This document shows positions 12,769 through 24,800 of a stretch of 40,260 nt of DNA, piece by piece (position 1 is the stretch's first letter; each line of letters starts with the position of its first letter). The translations under genes and the position numbers were made by a program. Where the stretch lies: contig JAUCBJ010005387.1 in the NCBI GenBank assembly GCA_032718475.1, positions 1 through 40,260 of the forward strand, in the 5' to 3' direction. The notes under the pieces are model-generated. The model had not been told where the DNA came from, did not search any database, and was given only the letters and a program-made list of their open reading frames with translations. The DNA comes from Nemertoderma westbladi (lineage: Eukaryota > Animalia > Xenacoelomorpha).

Positions 12769-13361
12769 TAGGGCCTATTTCATTTTTTATCTGCAGTTTA
12801 TAATAGTCCTACTGAGTACTGATATCGGTACTGAATCAATTATATAAATGACGCGTGAATGAATACACTAGGCCAATGATATAAACGGGCGTATATTATA
12901 CACAATCTATAGTCTGAATGCAGGCAGGTCACATCGCGTACGTTTAAAGAGTACCGGTAACGGTAACTCAATAAAGGAGAGGTCACGGTTTGACTTTTAC
13001 AATTCGGTGTTCTGATTCGGCTGGTAAACTGCTCTGCTACTGGCTGACTGGTGACTGGGTGCTGGGTAGTGGGTACTGTTATACCTTTCAGCCTTTCTAC
13101 CTTTTAACCATTTTGTAAACGATTTTGTCATTAAATTACAATCATTCTTGTTAATTACAGAATAATGTAAAAATTCATAATTTGAAATTGTTCATCTTCA
13201 GAAATGCCCTTTTAAAAGTAGGTACCGGTAACTCGTAATTCTAAATCTAATTCAACAGTTTACAAAATTATAATTACACATAACTACTGTTACTGAACTA
13301 CACATACACAGTATTGCAGTATTGATAACTGGAATAAATCACTTATAATTTTTCACATACT

Positions 13362-13805
13362 TTACAAATAATAAACAGTAAGTTGAATATTCGTGCTACT
13401 GAATACATCATGCAATATTCCCTTAACATGTGTCCAACTCAACCCATCCAATCCGCAACCAATACGTGGCATGGAAATACTCGTTACGCCGTTTGATTCA
13501 GCATGATTGCGCATATGTTGGAGACTCCCTTCTAGGGACTTATAGTCAGGTTTATTAAAGTAACGATCTTTGGTAACTAAATAGTATATATAACGCGAGT
13601 TACGATTTAGCACAGCTATGTCGCCCACAACAGAATTTTGTTGCCTAAGTTCGGTTACTCCACCAAATCTCTTCTTAAATTCTACAGCTATACCCTTGCC
13701 CATGACGCAGTCTCGAGATATGCAGTGAGCTAATGAGGAGATAGGTGGACATGCAAACAAATCTCCTTTAATTTCTGTTAATAATGAACGATTAGTTTCT
13801 GACAT
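13362..13805 (-). CDS. OARD1: O-acyl-ADP-ribose deacylase / terminal ADP-ribose glycohydrolase (OARD1/TARG1 macrodomain), intronless
   Basis: 147 aa with [36 protein letters not shown] and [10 protein letters not shown] motifs collinear with OARD1. The catalytic Lys (TK) and Asp (GLD) are retained. Confidence 0.95.
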   Translation of the reverse strand: MSETNRSLLTEIKGDLFACPPISSLAHCISRDCVMGKGIAVEFKKRFGGVTELRQQNSVVGDIAVLNRNSRYIYYLVTKDRYFNKPDYKSLEGSLQHMRNHAESNGVTSISMPRIGCGLDGLSWTHVKGILHDVFSSTNIQLTVYYL

Positions 13806-14030
13806 AATTGGTCATGTACTGTACCGGTATACAGGTATACCTACTGTAAGCCAGTAAGCCTCCCAGGGTGCAATAATAATAAAATCGAACCACACACTGC
13901 TAGCTCCTTCCATAAATTATTCATGTAACCCCCCCCCCCCCCCCCCCCCCCACCCCCCTGTCCCATGTCACCTTTTCAGAAATAAATTCACCACCACACT
14001 TGTGAAAAAAGATATGCGTACCTCTGGCAA

Positions 14031-14150
14031 AAGAAGCAGGTTACAGTGGTGGTGTTTTCTAACCAAAACAATAAACTAATCTCCATTACTTAATTAACGG
14101 AAAGGAGCAGGTTACAGTGGTGGGCTTTTCTAACCAAAACAATAAACAAT
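14031..14150 (+). repeat. Duplicated ~50-bp motif, with a third copy at about 22378..22437
   Basis: aaag(a/g)agcaggttacagtggtgg..ttttctaaccaaaacaataaac occurs twice here and once in PGK intron 5. Probably a dispersed repeat fragment. Confidence 0.65.
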
Positions 14151-15756
14151 ATCTCAATAACATAGGGTATTTCATACTTATAGTCTTATTTTTGCAATAC
14201 GAAAATACCAGAGGTACGCATATGAACTATAACTAATAATTGAAATACGATACATGCCACCAGAAAACGCAGATTTGTACAAATGTGAACACATTTGATC
14301 AAATGTGTACCCGTGTAATGTAATGTTGTTGAACGGGACAATTGAACATAATTGAAAATATTTGAATTGGCAACAACCAAAATTTGTTCGCCAAAGGATA
14401 CATTTGAATACTTTTGAAACGCTTAGTAATCTGGAAACTCTCTGTAGTTTGCCGCGAACTGTCACTCACTGCAGCTGGAAAGGCGATGAGGATTTTGTTT
14501 ACCTTTATCGTGTGCGGTTAATAGTGTCTAGTAAGCAGGCCAATAGTTAGTGATGTTAAGGCATGTTCTGGTCTTTCTCTGTGCCCTCTCGGTGTCAGAC
14601 TAATGGCGCGACATCTCCCTGCACTAAATTAACTATTCTATGGTCTAGGTTCCTCTATCCATATAGCCATCCACTCCCATCCCTGTTGAAAATTCATAGT
14701 ACATTTCATCCTTTTCATTTAGAAACCACCTATATGCCATTTTTGCCGAAATGGATATTTCTGCATTTCTTTATGTTAAAATGTATTCTGAATCCGATTA
14801 ACACACTTAGAAGACCATACTCCCACGTATAACTGAGATATTTAACGTTTCAAAACCACCTATATGCCAGTTTTGGATAGACCGCATGATAACGAAATTT
14901 TTTTTTGAAGAACTAGATTCGATGTTTGTTCGCAGGCACGCTCTGGTTATTGTTTATTGTGTTAGAGACCCGGACATTTTTTTTTTGTTCATTGGGTATT
15001 GGTTCTCACTAAGTTGGTACAATATCGTGTTATTGGCTTTTAATAATATGTTACGTTTTACAATCCGTTGATTAGTACATTTCTGCAAAAATAAAAAATC
15101 ACGAAACTCTGTTTTGTAGAAAATGTACTAACCCACAAAATGTTATATAATTTTGCAACAAACATCTCTATGGCGTAATTTTTTTCTGCATTAAGTATAT
15201 TTAAGGGACAGTTATTCAATAAAACACCAGACTTTGTCATAAAGCAATCTAGGATTTGATTATAGAACACTGAAAATTTGAGGTCATTTTTCTAAAAATG
15301 GTTGTAGGCCTAGTGTGGGTAATAAAATAATACACTTCTGCTAAACACCGTCCATTTTAAGCAAACATTTAAATAGTTTAAACCCAGACACTATAATCCT
15401 CACAGCCAGGCTAAGTTTCTATGTGTGGCTTTGGCTTATACATACTGTACAATATGTACTTATACATACTGTACATGTACATGTCCTTGAAGATGCGGAT
15501 GATCTAGCAAATGTCATGGGTGATAGGGAGTTCTGGCGGTGCAAAGACAGTGTGTAGACACACGTCAGCACGTTATCCAGTTCACAGTTATCAGTGAGTC
15601 AGTGAGTGTTTCTAGGCCTATTCCTGTATTCCAGTATTCCTCCCTGTACCGGTATTAATTCCTGCATTGCATTGCAGTATTTTATAACCAACACCAATCA
15701 CTACAGCACTACCGGCAGACCGGTATCACATTGTCTTGCTTGGAACCGTCGGTATT

Positions 15757-15818
15757 ATGGCCTTCAACAAGCTATCCATTGATAAAGTAGACCTGAAGGG
15801 AAAACGCATTCTAATGCG
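15757..15818 (+). CDS. PGK: PGK exon 1
   Basis: [23 protein letters not shown](R), donor CG|gtaagt. Confidence 0.93.
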
Positions 15819-18800
15819 GTAAGTCTGAAGTCCTGTACAGACAGACAGATGCTGAGCTGCAGTCTGCGAGTCTGGTAGTGAAGTCGAAGTCTGCTCCTGC
15901 TCAAGTCAGTTAGCTGGTTAGGAACACTGGTCACTTTCTGGCTGGAGCTCAGCTAAAAATTGTCCACATATTTACAGCCAGAAAGTGTCCGTGCAGCCAT
16001 TATTTGTCCTTCAACAGGCTGCGATTATATTTCCGGACATATTTTGGCTGTACCTCCCACTAGTACTCAAAGCAGACAGAGGCAGAAGCTGGGCACATAG
16101 CCTAATGGGACAATTTTTATTTTTAATATTAATGATAGTTATCCCAACGATGAGATTCTATTTCTCAAATTAATTTATACAGAATTTTATGGCGATTCTA
16201 ATGGCATAATTTTTAGAATGCCAATGTTAAAATTTCACTGCCAGTTTTCAAATTAAATTTAGCATTGTTTTCTATGGAGAAATTTCACTCTGAGAGCGTT
16301 TTCCGCGGACACATTCTGCTGTTCTGGCTGTAAATTAGACAAATTGTGACCAGTGTTCTTAGCTGCAAGTGCTCAGGCAGTCAGGCTCACGCTCTGAAAC
16401 TCACATGGACAGATGGACATGGAGCTGTGGCGGTGATGCTGATGGTTTGTTTTGATAGGCGCCATGCTGCCATGCCATGCGCAAATGCGCTATCGGTATC
16501 ACTATATCTGTATATCAGTATCAGTATATATATATCTTGACAGCCTGATATCAATAGGCCTACAGCAATAGGCTGTAGGCCGGGTGGGTTGCTGGACGCC
16601 CTACTTAACCCCTAGGCCTATTAGTTAAACAGTTAAAAACGCTTTTAAAAAACTTTAAATAACGCTATTAGCTTAATAAGGTTGCTTGACACCCTTTTAA
16701 ACCTAAAAGCACTTTTAGTCTGCTAAAAGCGCTTTTAGTAAGACAACTATTTTCTATGGAGCCACTATGCACTAATAGGGGTTAAAAGTTACTTCGAAGC
16801 ACCTTTTAGTTGCTATTAAAGGCTATAACAATAATGCATTATATATTTTTGTACCATAACATTATTAATATCGTGTCATTTTTTGTGGCCACATTTGTTC
16901 TAGAACAATGAATATATCAATGTTTAATGTCAAATATATTCTAGAATAATCATACTATACTAGAACCAATATTAGAAGTTATAATGATCATTAAAAGTGA
17001 CTAACTACGAAGTCCAAAAAACGTAGAGGGTTGCCTCCATGGCGATATATTACCCTAATTAGATTCTAGAAATATATTATTTCGTATTATTTAATGTTTT
17101 TATTTCGGTATCTTACACATGCAAGTTTATTTTTTATTATGTCAGTGCATTTGATGTTGATGCTTGACAACATAACGCAAATGAAGTTAAATCGTGAGCG
17201 CGTATTATGAAGTAAAGACAACCCATTTGAGGTTTTCAGTGACAAAGAACTTATCCAAAGGTTTCGGTTTGATAAATCAGCAATTATAGACATTCCAGAT
17301 ATCATTCGCGACGATTTTAAGAGATATGATTAATTAATACATAATTAATATTTATTTATTAATTCAACTTTTTACTTTTATTATATTATTTATTGACGCG
17401 GGGGTGGTCTAGCGCATTCCTCTAGACAGGCTCGTTCTTTGTCATTCCATGCTGGCTTTCTATTTCTTTTCGCCATCTTAATGTCTAAGTTAGTATGTAG
17501 TTATAATGAGAGTCTCAGTCGTATATTTAGGCAAGTCAATCTAGCATAACAGCATAAGACCTAAAATATATTTCCTTCCTATCATAAATTTTAGTGACAG
17601 AAAAATTTATTTTCTAATCACATTTTCTACATTTCTATGCTCGAACGCAGATCGAATACTGTAGGACTGTAATACATACAGTACATATAATTTGTATGAA
17701 ATTATGTAAATAAATAAATCAATTTATAAACGCAAAAGTATATCTCTGTCATTGCGTTATAAAAGTTTTAGTTTTAAGTTAAGGAGTTTAGTTTTAGCGA
17801 ATTAGTTTTTGTTTACACGTTTTCCCCTTCTTTTCCTAGATTGAATGGACTACTTGTGGCTGTGGGCCTTTATTATTTTTTACAATTATAATACACAAAC
17901 TTGAATTCTAGAAATAGTGATAGAGCTATAGTGATGAGATGGTATTATTTATTATTTAATTACTAATAGCGCTATTAAAGCCCCAATTAGCACTAATAAT
18001 CCTATTAGTAAAAAGGGCTATTAATAATGTTTCAGGCAACGCTTTTTAAAGTCGCTATTTACTAATAGTACTATTAGTGCTAATAGCCTTTTTAATCCTA
18101 ATAGCGCTTTTCCACTAATAGCGCGTCCAGCAACCCACCCCAGGCGTAAAGTTAGGCAACTTGCACTTCTACTCCTACTCGCTACTGACAGACTGAAGTT
18201 GAAGTTTGTCTATGAACACTTTATATTCTGATATTGGCTAGTTACTGAGTTAATCCTCATTTGTTATTGACAGGGTTGATTTCAACGTTCCTTTGAAGGA
18301 CGGTGTGATTACAAACAATCAGCGTATTGTTGCTTCTCTACCAACTATTGAGTATGCCTTGAACAACGGCGCCAAATCGGTTGTGTTAATGTCCCATTTG
18401 GGTCGTCCAGATGGACAACAAAATGAGAAATATTCTCTGAAACCAGTTTCAGAAGAACTCGCAAGACTTTTAAACCGGTGGGTTATTTTAATTGCCATGT
18501 TTTTTTATTAATTTATTGGCACAAGTTTATTCCTATTTTCTGACCCACCTTCTGTACCGTACCAAAGTAATTATTGCATTACCAGTAGGCAGGTAGGCTT
18601 ACAATTCCAAATAATTTTCTGAAGATAATATCAGGAAGGATTGCACTGAGCTGCTGTTATGTATTTTTCTTATACTCTATCAGTATAGGCCTACTTCAGT
18701 ACTTGGTATAAACTATTATCGGTACTAAAAGATTTTGTTTCCACAACTGACGACAGGCTGACAACATAACAGCCATATAGCCTACACCATAACAGGAATG

Positions 18801-21800
18801 GCATAACGAAACAAAACGAAAGAAATATATCAATTTCGTTTCGTTTTCAAACGTAACGTCCAGGCAGGTGAAATTCCAGGACCAGTTACTATATTGTATA
18901 GAGTAGGCGTACTAATTTACTATCAGTATTGCCTTAGTGCCTTATTATTTCTACTGTAATCCGCCTTACACTGTTGCATTGTAATGTTAACGGAAACTGG
19001 TGGGCAATAAAGGTTTCTGTGTTGAACTGTCTTGAAAATTTGACTGTTTCTGTCTTTTTAATTTAACGAAACGAAACAATTATTTTTTCGTTTCCTTTAA
19101 TTTTTTTTCGTTTCGTTATGCCATCCCTGCACCATAACAGTTTTATTAATTTACAAAACATTATTCTGTATATATAATAAATATTTTAAGGTTTTCGAAT
19201 TTCCATATTAAACTAATAAATTGATAATTGTTGATTGTGTTTGTTTAGCAAAGTTATTTTCCTTTCTGATTGCATTGGTAACGAGGTGGAGAGGACTTGT
19301 TTGGATCCGATCGAGGGCAGCGTTATCTTGTTAGAGAATCTAAGGTTCCACATTGAGGAGGAAGGGAAAGGTGTCGACGCTAGTGGAAATAAGGTGCCTA
19401 TTAATTCCTATTTCCTCTAATTTGTTTAAATATATATAAAATGTGTTAACGTTTTATTTACCTAATAGAAACCGGGAGTTCGTTCGAGGAACCCAGACAC
19501 GGTTATACGCCCTCTACTGGTCAGAAAGGGTATAATTATATTGGCGTAAAATTATGATAAATCTCCTGCTGATAATATTGTTTCTTACTTCTTGTAAATA
19601 ACTTCCATCATATTCGCAACGTCGTCTGCGACAATGACTGCAATGTTGGCCCTGAATTTGATTCTACCAACAATAGTTATTTAATTAATTATTACCGGTA
19701 GTTCATTATTTAGTTAATTAGTTAATAATGTGCCGGCCCGGTGGATATATTCTAACATTATAGGTTATTAATCTAAGCTTAAAACGTAGAACATAGAAAT
19801 AGGCATTCCACATTGTATCCCAAATAATATATAATAGAGTTGAAACAGAGACCTGTTTTTCTTAATCCCGGTAAACCAGAGACCTACCCGGAGAATTATT
19901 TTGAAAAATACCAGAGCCAGAGATCAGAGACTTTGCTTATTTTTGTACTTACAATTTTATTACTCCCCTATAGTACAAACAGGTACATACGGCCTTAGAA
20001 CTATTTTTCTATGGTTCAATTACAGTAAATCCAACCCCAACCCTGACCCTTTGTAAGAAAATAAGCACACGTACAGTTTGGGGGCCTTAATTAATATTAA
20101 TTTGGTTATTTGTTTATTAATTCATTCTTATTTTGTTATTGTTAATATTATGTTACATTGATTTGTTTTGCGCCATAGGTACCGGTACTTTGTTAATTAA
20201 AGGCACTTATTTTGCAATTGTTCAAATCATAAACATTTCAATATACTAAACTTAGTCATTTACGAATACTTAGTGCACATAGTGCTCTACTGGCCCCATT
20301 TACAAGCCTCGTTCGTTATACTCGTTCTCTCCATTTGGTCGTCATATTATCTATCCTATAACAAATTGAATGAGAACAGCCCTTTCTTTCACTTTTAAAC
20401 TTTACGGGAGCTCAAATTAATCATCTTCATCCTTAAATAAGAACCATCTTTAGGTACTAATTTAACTTAAAATTAAACGCACCTTAAATTAATTAAATAG
20501 AAGATTATCGGTACATTTATTAGAAATAGTGTAAAAGTGAATATATAATTGTGTTGAAGTGGTGTATGTAAAATAAAATAGTTAAAAATTAAAGAAATTA
20601 TTAATTGTAAAAAATTTGTGAAAAATAATCATCATTTCACATTTTTTGTTGTACAGGATCTATTTTTAAATATATATTTCTGTCAAATCACTGATCTCTG
20701 GATAAAATGTCTGTTTTCAATACCCGGGAACCAGAGACCTATCCGGAGACCAAAAAACCATCCGGAGAATCCAGAGATCAGAGAACAGTTACTTAAGTCT
20801 CTGTTTCAACTCTAATATATAATTATATTTTAGGTATGCCAGGACCTATAATAGTTAAAATAGTTTACTATCATAGTGAAAGAGTGGAGTTACATATCGC
20901 GGGTTTCACGTCGCTATATAGTACCAGTACCTCTCAGCCCCGCATTAAAATTACTTTATTTCACATCGTATTTCACGCCCAGTTGGAATGATAAAATGTA
21001 TTGCACTGCTATCCTACTGAGCTAATATAACAGCCATTTAGTTCGGTGTGGTTTCCAGTGCAGATATTAATATTGGTTGTGTCAGAACCTTTCCTTTTCA
21101 TTGTGAGAGCTGAGAGGGTTAAGGAAACCATACCAGACATTATTGATGGACTAATTAATTTAATCTATCTTAACTATTAATAATATTATTAATTCACATA
21201 ATTTCACTCCATTTCAAGGCGAAAGCGGCGCCCCAAGATGTTGCGTCTTTTCGTACGGCGTTGACTCGTTTAGGCGATGTCTACGTTAACGACGCGTTCG
21301 GTACAGCGCACAGAGCTCACAGTTCCATGGTCGGTATAGCCCACAAACACCGGGCGTCTGGCTTCCTTCTCAAAAAGGAGTTGGACTATTTCGCCAAAGC
21401 AATACATTCACCGGAGCACCCTTTCCTAGCTATATTGGGCGGGTGCGTATCCAACTATTTAATATTATAATTATATAATACAGTCAAGTACAACACAGAG
21501 GTTGCACAGATTTGATAAGACCTATTTTGTGAACAGGAGAGCTTAATTTGCAGTCATTTGTTCAATTTAACTATTAAATTTGATGGTTATAATATTTCAC
21601 AGTTTCACAGGTTATAAAATTCACAGTTTCTAACTAAAATAATGTCCCTTTTGCCCATATTTATTTCTATTGTATTTCACTTTTGAGTTGTTTTTCCTCC
21701 ACAGGGCCAAGGTTGCAGATAAAATACCTCTTATAGAGAACCTTCTGGATAAAGTAGACGAGATGATAATAGGAGGTGGTATGGCCTTCACCTTCCTTAA

Positions 21801-24800
21801 AGTCATCAACAACATGGAGATCGGAGGCTCCTTATATGATGAAGAGGGATCCAAAATTATTACAAAGGTTTAAGTTTCGATCAATTTATAATATTGATTA
21901 ATTAGCGATTTTTTCCCCGCCATCCACTGAACGAGAGTCCCGTCCACGTTGTGTCGAAAAAATTCCGGTATATACCAATTTCTCCTAAAGTATCTCGGAA
22001 TAAGTTAACAATTCTGTACTATTTTTTTATATTAATCCTGATCGCGGTATTGGAACTTGATTAATGTAATACTTAAACTCTTCAAGTATTTTTTTAATTA
22101 TTGGTAATAATAAATGATGTACAAAAAAGTCAAAAATTTTGACAACGATTTGAAACAATTTCAATAAAATAATCTGCGTTGTGAAAAGTTGGTTTACGAC
22201 GAAGGCCGGTCTATTTCTAGTTGCTGTTAAAAATTTATCTAAAAAATATCCAGGCAACTTTTTTAATATTAACATTTGCTATTCATATTATTAGACATGG
22301 GGGGGGGGGGGGGGGCTGGACGCAAATCCCGTCTCGGTGAATTCATATCCCGCCTTATTGTTACATTATCAATTTATGGAAAGGAGTAGGTTTAGGTTAC
22401 AGTGGGACGTTATTCTAACCAAAACAATAAACTAATAAAAATACAAATAACGAAACGAAATATTTAATGTTTCGTTTTCGTTAAATTAAAAAGTATTTTT
22501 ATTAATTATTATAAATTTTATTATAAAAATAATTGATAAATTATAAATAAATATTGATATTCTCCATAATTGTTTTAATGTAAATAGAGTAAATTATTTC
22601 CTTCAATACAGCAACCTTTATTGCCCACCAGTTTCCGTTAACATTACAACGCAACAGCGTAAGGCGGATTACAGTAGAAATAATAAGGCAATACTGATAG
22701 TATATTAGTACGCCTACTCTATACAATATAGTAACTGGTCCTGGAATTTCACCTGCCGACGTACGTTACGTGTTGTTGTAGTCACTCGTGTACCTGCCGA
22801 CGTACGTTACGTGTTGTTGTAGTCACTCGTGTACCAGTATGGGTACACGAGAGGCTACAAGACCTAACACAAAGTACCGGTGCTACATTATACTGTCCCA
22901 CAATATAACGGCGTTGGGCGCTTAAGGGTTTACTGTATTTAAACAGGATCATACTCTTCGGATCGCGACCGGGATTATCATTCCCGGTATCCCGTTTTTC
23001 GGGATTGGGATTGCAATTTTGGATTAAATTCCTTAAAGTTAATAGTATATGGGTCAATGCCAACCATATTGACCAATGTCGCAATGTCCCGTACGGCCCA
23101 AACTCATAAAAAGTGGCCAAAAACGTTTCCCACACGATTCGACTTAATTTTAGAATGAAATTTTTTTTGGAACCTAGTAAAGTTATATATATTTTTGAAG
23201 ATAATTTTATGGTCCAACAGATGCACAAAAAATCATACTGCCACTCCGACTTTGAAAGATTTTACATACGTTTTAGTACTAAAAAATGCAGGTTTTTCAA
23301 TTGTCCAAAAAAGTTGATTGTATTCTGGGGGATGTATTTTGACTATTTTGATTTCTACTGGGTGTATTTCAACAAGTTATAGCTCATTTTATTAAAGCTA
23401 AATAATAGAGGAATGCAATGGAATAACTTCCAAATTGTTTTATTGATATCATATTTAAATACAACCAATAGATAATATACTCCTATTTTTGACAATTACT
23501 TGTCCCAAACGGTAACACCTGAATTCACCAAAAGGATTTTATTGGGATTCTATAAACTAAATTCTTATTTGAAAGGAAAATCTTCAAGAAGTGGAATGTT
23601 CCAGATTTTACGAAAAAATACTAAACACAACCAGAGATTTGGCTGGTTTTATACGTGCGAGTCGATTATGTTAATTAGGATTGTCCCGTGTGTAACACCA
23701 AGTGCTCTGCTTTACCATGCTCTAGAATCAGTTCTAACAAACTTGATATGAAGATTCAAATATCAGAAGATAGCCAAGTTCTTGGTCTTTTGCGTGAGTA
23801 ATCATTTGTGGCAACAATTGACTATGGAATAGACTTTAGTTGCTTTTACATTTATCAGCATGAGCTTTGTCCCACCTGTAACAAAAACCTGTAACACAAA
23901 AAATCGTTACAAGGCGGGACGTCCCACATGTAACATGTAAATCGAATAATTTTGGGCTACAGAATGGGACATGTCTCACCTGTAACACTTTAGTAGTGCA
24001 GACTTTATAACATTGATAAAGGCTGTAGGTCATGCACACAGAACAGCAGTATTAACTGTGAATTGGTACTTACCTACCTACAGTAGTACCGGTAACAGTA
24101 TCAGTGCTGCCTCTTTATTGCGTTTGATTCGAAGTTATTGGATCTACAGATCTGCGCAGTGCATAGAGTTTACTATTGACTACTAAACAAACTAATCCTA
24201 ACCAGAACCAGTTATAAGACACTGATACAGACACTATGTGACTACGGTATAGAATAGAGACCACATTTCATTACTTATTAGACATCAGCTTGCCGTTCCG
24301 GTATCAAGATACTGATAGTAAATAAAAATAGGACTAATAATACTGATCTGTCTTATATAGAATGCGGTCCATCTTAGATCTATCTTCTGCGATTGGGAGA
24401 GGGAGATTGGGAGATCCGTGAGGGGAGCAGTTATAGGTGGGAGGGAAAAAAATAGAGGTGCAAGGGGAGCAGTTGGAGATGCGAAGGGAAAAGGTAGAGG
24501 TGCAATAGGAGCAGTTGGAGGTCTGAGGGGAAAAAGTAGAGGTGCAAGTGGAGCAGTTGCAGCGAGAGGAGTAGATAGTGCGAGAGCAGTAGGTAGAGGT
24601 GCGAGAGGAGAATGGGAGGATCTGGGGAGGGTGTGGAGACAGGTTGAGAAGTACAGAAGGATCTGTGGAGGGTGTGGGAGACGGAGTGGGAAGTACAGGA
24701 TGATCTGTGGAGGGTGTGGGAGACAGGGTGAGAAGTACAGGAGGATCTGTGGAGGGTGTAGGAGACAGAGTGAGAAGTACAGGAGGATCTGTGGAGGGTG

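Noticed and set aside
11861-12847. Plus-strand ORFs over TRMT10A, and similar antisense ORFs over PGK exons
   Set aside because: Antisense shadows of real coding sequence.
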